64,000 nt of DNA from Camelus ferus (GCF_009834535.1 NC_045697.1:50036001-50100000); one strand, 5' to 3'. Shown: positions 1 to 12,640, numbered from the stretch's first letter. Numbers and translations are program-made. Notes: generated by a model not told the origin, from the letters alone.

Positions 1-267
1 GTTAGGGTCAGACAGGGATCCTCTACATGCACACATGCTTAATTTGAGGCAGCTCTACCTCACGGCTTTATTTCAAAAGTAATTCCCAGGTCTAAATATC
101 CAGCCTGGCGTTCTCTCTCGTGTTCCAGGCCCCTAGCTTAGATCCCTTTTTGGCTTTATATTCAAAATCAGTAAGTCTATTAACTGGTTTTTCTTTCCCC
201 ATCAAACTAGCTCCTCTGGGCTTGTTTCTGCCATCACCCTTACCCTTATCCAAGTTCTTTTTATTTA

Positions 268-830
268 CTTTTTAAAATAAATGTTGCATATATTTAGGAT
301 GTACAACATGATGATTTGATATAAATATGTACAATGAAATAATTACAACAGTCAAGTTAACTAACACAGCATCTCCTTGTGTGGCTACCATATTTTGTAT
401 GTGATGCGAACACTTGAAATCTACTCTTCTAGCAGATTTCCAGGGTCCTATACAGTATATTTACTAGAGTCATCATGCTGTACATGAGACCTCTAGACTT
501 TTTCATCCTATGGAACTGTACCCTACAGACCTTTGTACCCATTGATCAGTATCTCATTTCCCCCACCGCTCCATCCCTGGGAACTACCGTTCTACTCTCT
601 GCTTCCCTGTACTCGATTTTTTGTAGATTCCACATAGAAGTGAGATCATGTCATTTTTTCCTTTCTATGCCTGGCTTGTTTCACTTAGCATAATGTCCTC
701 CAGGTTCACCCATGTTGTTGCAGAGATCTTCTTTTTTCAAGACTGAATAATATTCTATTGTGTGTGTGTGCACATCTCATAATTTCTTTGAGATATATAT
801 ATCTCACAATTTCTTTATCCATTCATCCAA
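268..830 (-). mobile_element. L1 (L1MA-like) 3' end fragment
   Basis: Reverse-oriented L1 3' UTR motifs (gtacaacatgatgatttgatat, cctggcttgtttcacttagcataatgtcctccaggttcacccatgttg). Confidence 0.85.
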
Positions 831-953
831 AGTCACACAGCTCACAAGAGGGGGAATCTTATTCCTCTAGATACCAAGGCTAATAAGGGAAGCACTTTGT
901 TTGCATTGTGGTGAAATATTAAGCTACATATGAACACACACATACCAAGACAA

Positions 954-955
<2 letters not shown>

Positions 956-989
<34 letters not shown>
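956..989. repeat. (AC)17 microsatellite
   Basis: Perfect dinucleotide run seen directly. Confidence 0.97.
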
Positions 990-993
<4 letters not shown>

Positions 994-1892
994 CTAAATG
1001 ATTCAACAGTAAGGAAGACTTGTTTCTGCCCCACCAAACATACAAATTCCTCCTGTATCTAGTTAGAAGGAAATGAGTGGGTCATTCCCTAGTCCCTAGG
1101 ACAGATGCCCATGTGTCCTGTCAGCCAGACTACAGGGACACGTCTCTCTAGCTCAGAGGCTGCTTTTAGCAGACAGATTTGCATCTCACCCTAAAAGCAC
1201 TTATCAACTGTTAGGTCTCTGCATGCTGGAGCAGAAGCACTCTGGCTTCATAAAGCTATGGGGCTGTAATTGCATTCACAAGTCTTCATCCAGAAAATCT
1301 ACTTTTTACTAAATCCTTATCAAATAATGATATATAGAAAAGCCAAAATTATTCTTCACGTGATCATGAATAGCATTTCTATTGGCTGTGTAATTGAATC
1401 AAGACCACTTCAGGTTTGGCTCCTCTCTCTGAAATCCACCCTTTCATTCACAACCTAAGCAAGTAACAGCAGCATAAAAAAAGTACAAGCAAACTTTCTA
1501 AGCCACACAGAGAAAAGGAATTCTCCTTTCTATGTACAGCTGTACACATGACCTAGGGAGGAATATGCCAGGTATTAATTTTGATTTCTGTTTCACCATA
1601 ATAAATCCAAAATCAGTCTAGGTAAACACTGCTGAGCAAAGGGAGGAAAGCAAAGTCTTCTTTGAAAATGTGATAAAATTTCTAAAAAGTGGAAAAACTA
1701 TCAAGTTGGAATCTTCAGCCTCATAAATGAGCCCTGATTTTCTCATTTCCACTGCACACAGGTCATTTCTTCTTGGATGACAAATTATCACCAAATCACA
1801 GGTACCAGCCTAAACTGAGCAATTCCAAAATAATTCTCCTGATGCTGCCAATGGCACCAGTTAGGTTTAATGTATGAAAGGAAATTTGACAT

Positions 1893-2166
1893 AGGTATAG
1901 TAGAAACAGAGAACAGAGTAGTGGTTACCAGAGAGGGAGGGGTCGGGGGGTTCCTGGGTGACATGGGTAAAGAGAAAGAGGATCAATTGTGTATTAACAG
2001 ATGGGAACTAAATTTTTGGAGGTGAGCATGTTGTAGGGTAGACAAAAATAGGAATATAATGTGGTACACATGAACCTTATACAATGTGATCAATCCATGT
2101 TACCTCAATACAAAATAAATTTAAAAAATACATTATTCTTCCCCCCCCAAAAAAGAGAGAAAAATA
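1893..2166 (+). mobile_element. L1/HAL1-type 3' end with A-rich tail and probable TSD
   Basis: L1 3' motifs (agaaacagagaacagagtagtggttaccagag ... atgttacctcaat) and an A-rich tail. Flanked by aaatttgacat (1882-1892) and aaatttgatgt (2167-2177). Confidence 0.75.
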
Positions 2167-2229
2167 AAATTTGATGTCTTTCTCATGTTTGTTTTTGATA
2201 TCCTGTCAAACTCAGTCCTTGTTTAGCCT

Positions 2230-2885
2230 TCAATTAAAACAATTATTTAGAATCCACTATGTACTTGATACCATGCTAAGTGTTGGGGAGAAAATAACAA
2301 ACTGAATCACCAGCCTCACAGAACTTAATATTCAGTGGAGCAAGCCAATTATTAAGCCTGAGGGTAGAATGCAGTACAATTAGGTCAGGGCAGTGTCCAA
2401 GCATGTCAGAGGTGGGCCAAAGGCACACATAGGTCAGGGAGGTAGAGCACTTCTAAGAGAAGTTACCTCTCAGACTGGATGTGAGGAATGAGTCAAAGAC
2501 AGTCCATGAAGAATAGGATGGGCGGAAAGGAGGGGGAACAGGATTTGAAACAGAAAGAGCATCACATACAAAATCCCAGCCTGAGAGAGCATGAAGTCTT
2601 ATGTCTGGAGCCTAGGATGCAAAATGATCTGGCACCAGATTGCATGGGGCCTTATAAGGTATGTATGAGCTCTGGCCTTTATCCCAATGAGTTTGAACAG
2701 AGAGGTGATGTGATCAGCTTTGTGCTTTCAATAGGTCATCCTGGTGAGGGCAGAGAGTTGGCTGGAGCCTGGCCAGTGTTGGAGCCAGGGAAAGCAGCCA
2801 GACACTGTTTCAGAGAAGAGGAGCCGCTGTCCTGGACTCAGGTAGTGGCCAAGGAGATGGAGAGAAGGGAGTGGCTCTGGATCTC
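2230..2885 (-). mobile_element. L2 fragment
   Basis: Degenerate reverse L2 3' end (tatttagaatccactatgtacttgataccatgctaagtgttgggg) plus purine-rich L2 body motifs. Confidence 0.65.
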
Positions 2886-2974
2886 TCCTGGACTGGGTTC
2901 CTTTACCATCATTCTCAGTCCCATCACAGGGCCCCCACAAAGTCAATGCTTGAGGATCCACAAAGCATACACAA

Positions 2975-3210
2975 ATCTGAAGCCAGACTGCTCTGTTCAA
3001 ACCTCAACTCCACTCCTCATTGGCTTTGTGACCAGGGGTAAGTTATCGAACCTCTAGGGTCCTCAGTTTTCTCAAATGTAAAATGGGGATAATAATGGTG
3101 TATATACATATGCCATAGTAAATACACATTAAATACATAGTTAATACACAGCACTTAGAGCAACACCAGGTATGTAAGAAGCACTCAACAAGTTTTAATT
3201 ATTATTGTTA
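2975..3210 (+). mobile_element. MIR SINE
   Basis: MIR core: tgtgaccaggggtaagttatcgaacctctagggtcctcagttttctcaaatgtaaaatggggataataat. Confidence 0.85.
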
Positions 3211-4610
3211 TTAAATGTGTTTGGTGTTATACTGTCATTTCCTTTACTCACAATCTCAGCACACCTTACCCAGTCTCCTCCACAATGGCATCTTAAACAG
3301 CCTTCCCACCTTACTCTTCCCTTGCCTAACTCTACTCTGTACATGATTTCTAGATTAATCTTCCAGACATCTTTCATCGTGTCATGTCCTTTTCGCAGAT
3401 ATTTTAAACCTCCCAGTTAAGTCCCTGAATCCTTAATCACATTATTAAAACACTTCCTGAACTTGGTCTTATTTATTCTTCCCTCAGCTTATTTCCCATT
3501 ATAGTCATACTCTGGGGTGTATCCTTTTGGTTTGTGAGAATTTAAATTTATGTCCTTTTGATTTATGAAAATTTAAATTTGCAAGGAGTTTCATGTCATA
3601 CCTGCTTTGGCTTGTGAAGATGCATTTCTTCACATTTATGAGAACTGCTTTGGATGGTGTACACCTCTCAAGTAGCTGAGCACTAGGAAACAAGAGCCTG
3701 CATGAGGTCATCTTCCCAGTGATGCAGTATTCCCAGTATTTTTGGCTAGCAAGTCTACAGTAGTGACAAGCTTATGCACTGTTTGCATTGCTTTTATTGA
3801 TTTATTTTGTCTTTTGTGGGCTAAAAAAGGACAATAAAAGTTTAAGGGTATGGTATGCAATACCCATAAGTGAACTGAATGAAAGCATTTAGCCTTATCA
3901 TACAGTAATTAATGAAGGGACATTGTCTTGGAAGGCCATCAAGACAACTAACGTCACCTACTGAAATGAGAATGTCCATTTTAAGGGGATTTGGTGTTGT
4001 TTTTATATGATTGGATTAATTTCAGGGCTCAGGAAGTAGCAACATCTCTTGAAATTAAAAGTAATTATGTTATGGACTTTATAGGAACTTGCCTTACAGA
4101 GGTTTTCTGGAAGAAATTATCCTGGAAAGATAGAGAAAGGCTGTTTTTTTTTCCCCCAAAAGGCATTCTGCACCTAATGGTGGGCATTAACTTCTTCCCC
4201 TTCACACATGTTACCAATTCCCACTTTTTTGGCTTTCCTTGTGCTCTGCCCTCTACCTCAGCTTCTCCCCACTTTTCTTCTACCATTTTTACCAAAGCTT
4301 GACATTATTGCTCAATCCTCTGTCTTCTGTGAAGGCTTTTGTAATAATTACAACTCACATTGACGTTTCTCTTCTCTAAACATCTATTGTCTGTTCCTTA
4401 TACTTTCATTTATATCTTTTTTGAGTATATAAATAATGTGTAATTAATATATAATAAACAGCTTATATTCACTTCTTTCTTTGTTACTAAAATTACAATC
4501 CATTGTTGCTATTCTTGCTGAAACCCTCAATTATCTTATAAAGATGTGTAATAAATAAGGGAAAAAGTATTTTATATTTATCCCCATATATACCTCATTT
4601 CCTCTCTTCT

Positions 4611-5158
4611 GGTATATCAGCTACATACCACTGTATAAATAAATTATCCCAAAACTGAGTAGCTTAAAACAACATGTATTATTTCACAGTTTCTGTGGGT
4701 CAGGAATTGGGGTACTCTGTCTCAGGATCTCTCATAAAGCTACAGGCAAGGTGCTCAGAGCTTCAATCAAAACAAGGCTCAACTGGGGAAGAATCTGCTT
4801 CTAAGTTCATTCATTTGGTAGTTGGCATGATTCTGGTGAGCTTTTGGACTGAAGACCTCAATTTCTTTCTGGCTTTGGCCAGAGGCCACCCTCAGTTCTT
4901 TACCACTTATGCTTCTTTATCACGTAGCACACAGCATGGTAGACTGTGTCATCTGAGTGAGCAAATGAGAAAAAACAGAGAAGAATGTGGGCAAGATAGA
5001 AATCATTCTTTTACAACCTAACTTGGAAGTGATGTCCCAGCACTCTTGATGCACTACAATCATCAGAAGCAAGTCTCTAGGTCCATCTCATACACAGGAA
5101 AGGGAATTATACCAGGAAGTGGGGATCATTGGCAACTACTGTAGAAGCTGACTAGTAC
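4611..5158 (-). mobile_element. MaLR solo LTR (MLT1F/G-like), apparently nested in an old L1
   Basis: Reverse MLT1 motifs: aaattatcccaaaactgagtagcttaaaacaac...tttcacagtttctgtgggtcaggaatt, and an MLT1 5' end (gggatcattggc...). Confidence 0.75.
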
Positions 5159-5239
5159 TAAGTTTTTTTGAGGAGGTATATGTGTATACTATATACATAG
5201 TACTATATATATATATACTTATATATATATATACACATA

Positions 5240-6885
5240 GTACACAACACAGTGTTATTTTTAAAGACAATTGCCCAAAGGAGTTCCTTCAACATTTAAG
5301 CACGTCTTACTTACTTGTCTGTTGACAACACATTCTTTAAGCTTTTGTGTTGGAAGAAATCTTTACTTTGCCTTTTTTGAAAGTTATTTTTGCTGGGTAC
5401 AAAATTCTAGATCGATAGTTTTTTATTTCAGTCCTTTAAAACTATTGCTTCACTTTCTTTTCACTTGTGGTTGTTCCTCTGAGAAGTCTGCTATAATTTT
5501 TATCTTTTTTTTTATTAATTGTCTTTTTTTCTGACTGCTTTAAGTTCATTTTCTTTTTCATTGATCTTAAACATTTGATTAAGATGTGTCTTGGTGGAGT
5601 TGTCTTTATGTTTCTTTTGGGTGGAGTTTGTCAAACCTCCTGAATTTCTAAGTGAATAGTTTTCATCAAATTGGGAAACATTTCAGCCATTAGGTTTTCA
5701 AATATTTTTTCTATACCTCCCATTTCCTTCAAGGACGTGTATATTAGGCCAGTTGAAGTTGCCCCACAATTCGTCACTGCTTTGTGCATTTATATTGTAA
5801 GTCTTTTCTCTCATTGTGTCATTTTGGAAATTTTCTATTGCTTTGTCTTCAAATTTACTAAGTTTTCTTATGCTGTGTCTAGTTCTGTTAGTCCTATTCA
5901 GTGTTGTTTCATATTTGACATTTTAAATCTTTTTCTATAGGTTTGATTTGACTCAAAAAATCTTCCACATCTCTCTTTAAAATGCTCTTTCCTTCTTTTA
6001 TCTGTTTGAAAATATGGAGTACATTTATTATAATTATCTTAATGTTGTTTTCTACTAATTCTATCATCTGTATCATTTCTAGGTCTGGATCTATTGATCA
6101 AATTTTCTCCTCTTTATGAGTTCTATTTTACTGCTTCTTTATATGCCTAATAATTTTTGACTAGGAGACAGACATTGTGCTTTTTTATGTTGTCAAGTGT
6201 TAAATATTATGATTTTTTTTTGCATTATTTTAACTGTTTCAACTTTGTTCTGGGACATGGCTAATTACTTGGAAACATTTTGATCCTTTCATAGCTTGTA
6301 TTTAAATTTTGTTAGGTGGGATCACAACAGCCCTTAGCCTAGGGTTAGATTGTATCCTTCTGAGTACTGAACCTGATTCTGCATGCATTATGAAGCTTCT
6401 CTCCTCTGGTTTCTGGGAACATGAATTATTTCCAATCTTGTGTGAATGTCAGGAATTTTTCTGCCAACTCCTTTCTGGTGATACTTTCCTCAACTCCAGG
6501 AAATTTTCACACAACTCAGGACTTGAAAAGAACCCTCTTCAGGTTCTGGAACTATCTCTCTCTCTGTAGTTCTGGTACCCTTCTTTGGGAATTCTACCTG
6601 CTTTGTCACCCCCTATAATTCTCAACTCTGCCTCTTCAACTCAGAGAGAATGCCTGGATCTGCCTAAGTTCTTTTTCTCTGCACCCTAGCCTGAAAACTC
6701 TAAGAATCAAGCTGAGGCAATTGTTGGGCTCATCTTGTTTATTTCCCTTCTCTTAGAAATTACTGCCTTTTATCCAATATTGAAAAACTACTGATTCATA
6801 TATTTTCTTCTAATTTTTTTTAGTTGTTTAAGGTAGAAAGTTAAATCTGGTCTTTGTTCCTCCATCACATTCAGAAGTAGAAATC
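5240..6885 (-). mobile_element. Ancient L1M 5' region/ORF1 remnant
   Basis: T-rich reverse L1M motifs (tttgctgggtacaaaattctag, tctgagaagtctgctataatt, ttgggaaacatttcagccatt) ending in an L1M 5'-end-like ccatcacattcagaagtagaa. Confidence 0.75.
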
Positions 6886-7799
6886 GGTTTCATATCCTTT
6901 AGTAACCTATTACACATTTTATTCCTTCCCACCAAATTTTCATATATCCCTTATGTTCTTCGAAAAGTACTCCTAGAGGCCAGAACCCATATCATCTGAC
7001 TTCTTTTGCACCATGCACAGTGCTCTGCACATAGTGAAAATATATATTTCTCTTTACATAGTCTCCTGGAAGGATTGGCTGTGAAGTATCTTCTTGTTGC
7101 TTCTATAATAGTGCATCCTTGTGGTCCCTCTCTTATTTCTGTCTTCTCCATATTTAGCTCCTCTTACCACTCCATAAATATAGGAACTCCCCTTCACAAT
7201 GTCACTCAATCTGATGGCTTCAGCTATTATCTTTGTCAAGTACTTAGTAGCAAATTTACAACACCAAAAGGTCTCAAACTGAAATTTATGTGCCAAATAT
7301 CTTAAAGGTGAACAAAGGTGAAAAACTGCCATCTGGCAAAATTAGTCTAATTATTCTAATTACTATGCTTGGTTGAAACCCATTATTTTGGCTTATTCCC
7401 CACCTTCTGATCCTAACCTCCCACTCCCTGCTGTGATTCTCAGTGTCTTCCCAACTCAGCTGATAGTAACTCGTGACTTTCCAAGACTTTCCCTGGTTGG
7501 TCCTAAGTCCCTGTCTCTTAGATCACAGACAGAGCCTGAGGTCCATTTTCTGTTTCTGGTACTGTTCCTGTATATCTGAGTTTCATCTCTGGCTAGATCT
7601 GTGTTGTGCTAAGGCCAACAGTATTCCGGAGGTGCTTGCTAATCCCTATTTATACTGCAGTTGCAAAATTCTTCCGCCTTCCAGCTGGAAAAACTGGTTT
7701 TGTAGATGAAGATATCAATGAAATTGCTGTCTCATAGGTGAAGGTCACTCCTTTAAAAACCTACTGCAGTGACTTCCAGGACTTACATGCTTGAATTAA

Positions 7800-8600
7800 A
7801 TTGAACGCGGACATGCTACACATTTCCATGTGGATACTCTGCTTTCACCTCAAGCCTGGTATATCCAAAATTCAAGTTCCCACCTTCCCTTCTAATCTGA
7901 CCCTTCCCTTCTGGTCCCCATTCTTATTAATGGTGCCTCCAATCTCCTAAGCTCAAGAGTCATCTTTGACATCTTGGTCTCTTACTATTTTCACCTGATC
8001 TGTTTTCTAGTTTCCATGGTTTTACATTAATGATGTTCCCCGTATGTTGTAGATTCTAACCCTCCCTCCAATGTTTCTCTTATTCATTTGTTTTTTCTTT
8101 TTTTCTATACAACCCCATTATCACTCCCTTGCTGCAAGGCCTCATCCTTGACGCCCCCACCTCTAACGACCTAATCCATCCAATATAGCATTTTCAGGTA
8201 AATCCCTTTCAAGGATGGCCTGCTTATGTGAATTTCCTTTTCAAAAGTTTCAGCAGCTCTTCACTGTCTACAAAATTGAGCCCAAACTAATCCTGCAACA
8301 CTGAAGGCTCTTTCCTCAGTGATTTTTGACTTATACTACCTTTGTAATCTTGGCCATCGTGCATCCCCCCCAACACCTGTCATCTTCAGTCAAACTGAAT
8401 TTCTCTTGGAATTCTCTCAGGTGCACTGATGCCTGTTTAAGCCCGTGGATCTGAGTTTTAAGTTTCAGCACACAGGTCAACTCATTCATGTCATTTTCTC
8501 CAAGTTTCTACCCAGAAGTAATAGCAGCATGCTTATGCTCAGGACAGGTGCCTGGCACACAGTAGGCAAACAAGCAGTATTTATTTGATGAGTGAATGAC
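7800..8600 (+). mobile_element. L2 fragments including 3' end
   Basis: gagtcatctttgac motif and L2 terminus gtgcctggcacacagtaggcaaacaagcagtatttatttgatgagtgaatga. Confidence 0.65.
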
Positions 8601-8753
8601 CTTCTTTTATACTTTCATGACATTTTGTAATTGTCAAATAGCATTTTTATCATTCTGCCTTGATGCAACTACTGGTTCATTCAAAAAGAAATGACTGAGT
8701 GCCCGTGTGTGCAAAGTTCCATACTCCAGAGTTAACTGAGCAATGGTTATCTT

Positions 8754-8892
8754 TCCCACAGCAGGGTGAATGTGTCCATTGTATACATGAGCATCTCTCT
8801 CACAGCAGTGTGAGTGTATCCACTGTATACACAGTCTTCTCCCCCAAGCAGTGTGAATGTGCCCACTGCCTACATGGCCGTCTCTCCCACAG
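8754..8892. repeat. Degenerate minisatellite, about 44 bp x 3.2
   Basis: Three units sharing cacagcagtgtgaatgtg.ccactgtataca...tctc. Confidence 0.85.
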
Positions 8893-9168
8893 TGAGGTCC
8901 CCAAGGGAACAGACCGCATCCCATGCCTCTTGGCTTCACTCACAAAGCCTAGTGCTGGGCCTTGTATGACACACAGTGAAAGCTGAATCCAACAGAAACA
9001 AATTCTTTTCTGAATTAATAAAATAAACATAGCTATAACTAGAGGCAGGATACTGACAATCTGTTTATGTCTCAAATAATTGAAGGGAGGACAAAGATCA
9101 TTTAAGATCCCAGGAGGAAGTAGGTGCTGCCTTGCTTCTTTGTATTTGACTTTAGTTCCTTTCAAAAC

Positions 9169-9183
9169 AGAACAGCCTGTCCT
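9169..9183. promoter_or_regulatory. Candidate androgen/glucocorticoid response element
   Basis: AGAACA-gcc-TGTCCT, one mismatch to AGAACAnnnTGTTCT. Motif match only. Confidence 0.35.
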
Positions 9184-9860
9184 TATTGATCAGTCACAAG
9201 AGAAAACCACAAACAATGAAAAATCTGTCAGGTTCAGTTTCTTCAAAAGGTGATCAAGCTAATAGAGTGGCAGACTTTAAAATTTCACCATTTCATCTCT
9301 TGATCTTGATATAACCCTGTTAGATAACACCTCAACTATTTTAATTTTTAATACACAAAATGAATATTTGGGAAAGTTAAAAGGAGTCTTTACAAATAAT
9401 TTTTAGTTCATGATCCTTTTATGTACTATTTAAGATAAGGTTTGATTTACACACCTTTCCTTAATATAATTACTGTTTACAGATAGGACTACTAGAATAT
9501 TTACTGCCTCTCATTTATAGCTCTCAATATTTATAGTGGATGTGAATGTGTTATGAAAATGCTCTTCTCTTCTAAGAACAGACACCCCCACCTAACAAAG
9601 GAATAACCCCTGTGGTCTCACCCAAACTCTGGGGTCCTGTTTTCCAACCATGGCTGACTGGACAGGGGCAGGAGGTGAGGGTAGACACATGACCCAAGTC
9701 AGATCGATCAGATTCCATCCTCTAGAAAGTTGTATTTGAGACTGAGACATTAGGTAGTAAGTGAGAATTAATGTTTGAATTGGGAAAAATTGGGAGGACA
9801 TCTTCCCATCTGTTTAAGAAGAAAAGGAAGCCAATCGGTAGATGAAAAATAACTGGGAGT

Positions 9861-10032
9861 AGGGAGGGTAATAGCTCAATGGAAGAGTGTGTGCTTAGCA
9901 TGTATGAGGTACTGGGTTCAATCCCCAATGCCTCCATTAAAACAAACAAACAAACAAACAAACAAACCAACCAAATTACTTCCCCCAACCACCCCCCTCA
10001 AAAAAATAAAATAAAAAATAATCTTAAAAAAA
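9861..10032 (+). mobile_element. tRNA-derived SINE, camelid Vic-1 type
   Basis: gggagggtaatagctcaatggaagagtgtgtgcttagcatgtatgaggtactgggttcaatcccca, with A box (tagctcaatgg), B box (ggttcaatccc), an (AAAC)n stretch and an A-rich tail. Confidence 0.85.
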
Positions 10033-11149
10033 GTGAGTTCTTAAAAAGAAAAAGAATGAAGCAAATATGAAAGACAAATACAAATAATATTGAGCATTTA
10101 GTATATATCAGGTATGATCTCATTTAAATCTGACAGAACTCAAGTAAATTCAAGCATTTGCAGTCAAGGGAATTGAGGCAAAGATACAGTAATTGAAGTG
10201 GCCAAGCAGGGATGTGAACCCAGTTGTCTGACCCCAGAGCCCAGCTGGTTAGTGCGACATTCTCCTGCCAGGAAACAGCAGAGCGGGATGAGGAACCCTG
10301 AGACTCTGGAGAGCAGAGCCAGCTGGATTCCTTACGAAGAGATTTACTGGTCTTTCCTGAGAACTTGTCTATATGGTCTGCTTTTGGATATAAGGAAGAC
10401 TAATTTCTTCCATTCAATTCTCTCCCTTTGCTTAAATAATTTCAGAGGTTTCAGTTAGCTGCAATGCCAAAGTCATATATAGCAGCCCTGCCCCCTCCAT
10501 TTCCATTCATTCTCAGTCCTAGCCTTGTCATTGAAGTTCGTGTATATATTTTCAGCAGCCTCCTCTGCTGTTTGTGTTCATTTTCCACACACAGGCACGC
10601 ATGCACGGCACGTCTCTGCACCTGCTTCTGCACTGTGCATAAAAATCAATTACTTGCTTGGGGAAATGTAGGGAAGATAATGCAAAGAAGGTTTGGGAGA
10701 TGTCTGGGACTTCATTTAATTGATGGGCCTGGTGAAATTATGAGGGAATATTTTATTGTGAGCTGCTGTTTATAATCTCTGCAATGAATGCTTTTAGTGT
10801 AATTAGGCAGTTTGAACATTAGCTAGAGAAGAGTAGTTAAATCTGTGTTCTGCCATCCATACTGCAAAGGAACCATTCAAAACAACTGGGAAAGGTAAAA
10901 CTTAGCCAAATCCTTTTTTTTTTTTTTTTTTTTTGACCAGGAAAGTTTCTGGCAAACTTTTGCTGGCATCTAGACACACGTAAATCTTCAAATGGGTTGT
11001 GCATGGCAAGCTCCATACATTACCAAAATGCCATCTTTCAGCGTTACTGTTATTAAAGAAGACAAGACAATAAATTATTTTATCAGGCATGTAATTTCAG
11101 GCCAGTTTTTGTGGTTCTTGTCTTCCTGCCGAATAAATAAAGCGATTGT

Positions 11150-11375
11150 ACATCATTTAGACCCTGCATTCAGACAGATCTGGGTTCAATCACTGCTCAC
11201 TATCTACAAGCTCTGCAACCTATAGGCAAGTCACTTTTGATCTTGGGGAGGTTAGTTTGTTACTTTTCTTCCTCTGAGCCTCAGTTTCTTCATCTGTAAA
11301 ATGGGATAAGAATGGTGTCTACTTCACAGGATTGCGGTGAGGATGATAGGGACAATCTATCGTTGGGAAAGCAGC
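11150..11375 (+). mobile_element. MIR SINE
   Basis: ctctgagcctcagtttcttcatctgtaaaatgggataag core. Confidence 0.8.
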
Positions 11376-11827
11376 CAGCCCAGGACCCAAACATCTGCAC
11401 ACTTCTTTGCAGAGTGTGCCAAGTGGCAAGCCCTCATGGCCCTCTGACACTGAGCCATTTGTGTAACAAGTCATGTAGCCAATTAAGTGGGTCAAAGTGA
11501 CACAGAGTGACTACCCTCTTGCCACTGGCTCCCTGGCTTGTTCACTGCTAGAAAGATGCTGAGCTCTGGGTCCCAAATTCCTCAGCTGTAGCACAACTGC
11601 CTGCATTGGGGCCATCTGGACCCACTGTGTCATGCAGAATTTAGGGGCAGAGGATCTGACACTGCCAAGTGATGCTCCTGCTGTTTGCTGTGCTGGAAAT
11701 TGAAATTGTCTTGCTTTTAACTATTGAGTCTAATTGTCTTCTTTCAGCAACTGTGGAGTTTTCAGCAACTGACTCATGTCTTTTGGATCTTTTTTGGAGT
11801 CCTGTTACCTCTTGCCATCCTGTCTGA

Positions 11828-12010
11828 CAGAAGTTAGCAAATTTTTGCTGTAGGGACAAGATAGAACACATTTTAGGCTTTGGGGCCATAGATCTTCTCT
11901 ACTGTGTATTTTTCTCTGTGTACTTCATTCTTTAACAACCTTTTAAAGATGTACAAACCACTTTAAATTCACAGGTTGAGAAAAAAACAGGCTGAAGGCA
12001 GGATATGATC
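11828..12010. mobile_element. hAT-Charlie MITE (MER58-like) fragment
   Basis: cagaagttagcaaatttttgctgtagggacaagatagaacacattttaggctttggggcca start motif. Confidence 0.6.
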
Positions 12011-12105
12011 TCACTCGCATGAGGCTGGGGTTCTTCCTTGATATCCACAGAAATCACTTAAAACAGCATGTTCTCAATTAGTGAAAATTCAAGAAATGTT
12101 AGCTA

Positions 12106-12261
12106 AGGGAACTATATTCAGTTTCTTGTAATAACATATAATGGAAAATAACCTGAAAAGAAAAAATATGTATGTATGTATACATATAACTGAATCACTT
12201 TGCGTATACCTGAAACTAACATTGTAAATCAACTACACTTCAATAAAAATTTTTTTTAAAA
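12106..12261 (+). mobile_element. 5'-truncated cetartiodactyl-type L1 3' end with 15-bp TSD
   Basis: L1 terminus (ataactgaatcactttgcgtatacctgaaactaacattgtaaatcaactacacttcaataaaa). TSD aagaaatgttagcta (12091-12105) / aagaaatgttatcta (12262-12276). Confidence 0.9.
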
Positions 12262-12457
12262 AAGAAATGTTATCTATTCTCACACTAATGCTTTCTGTTT
12301 GTTAATCTCTAAACTTAAGGCAATAAGGACTTAAAATAATGTTAAGACTCAAAATAATGTTCCTAGATAGTGTGGAGAACTTTCTGGTACACATATAACA
12401 CACAGTTACTAGTTCTTTCCATTCCCATTCCCCTGGGAACAGGACAGTTCCTTATGT

Positions 12458-12640
12458 CAGGCTTCCCACTGTGGTGCCTAGAAAAAGCTACAGGTGTGTA
12501 TACAGACATTGAACCCCTCAACCTTCAGGGCATCTGAGCAGCTGGCCCTGTGCACTGTCCTTTATTTACCCTAAAGTGCTGTGCAAATGTTATCATTTTC
12601 CATGTGTACCAAGGCATGCCAAAGGTTGTCAAGCCCCGCC
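12458..12640. mobile_element. hAT-Charlie MITE (MER103-like)
   Basis: caggcttcccac start and tatcattttccatgtgtaccaaggcatgccaaaggttg end motif. Confidence 0.5.

Noticed and set aside
2488..3057. 189-aa + strand ORF
   Set aside because: It lies over L2 and MIR remnants, has no recognisable protein similarity or gene structure, and is antisense within an intron.
8754..8892. CRISPR-like repeat array
   Set aside because: Eukaryotic context, contiguous diverged units with no unique spacers, no cas genes.
9861..9935. Possible tRNA gene
   Set aside because: A/B boxes are present, but it has a SINE body and A-rich tail and no convincing cloverleaf. It is a tRNA-derived SINE.
10640..10830. TAAT-rich unique sequence suggesting a conserved enhancer
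   Set aside because: No alignment data are available, and short homeobox cores are common in AT-rich DNA.
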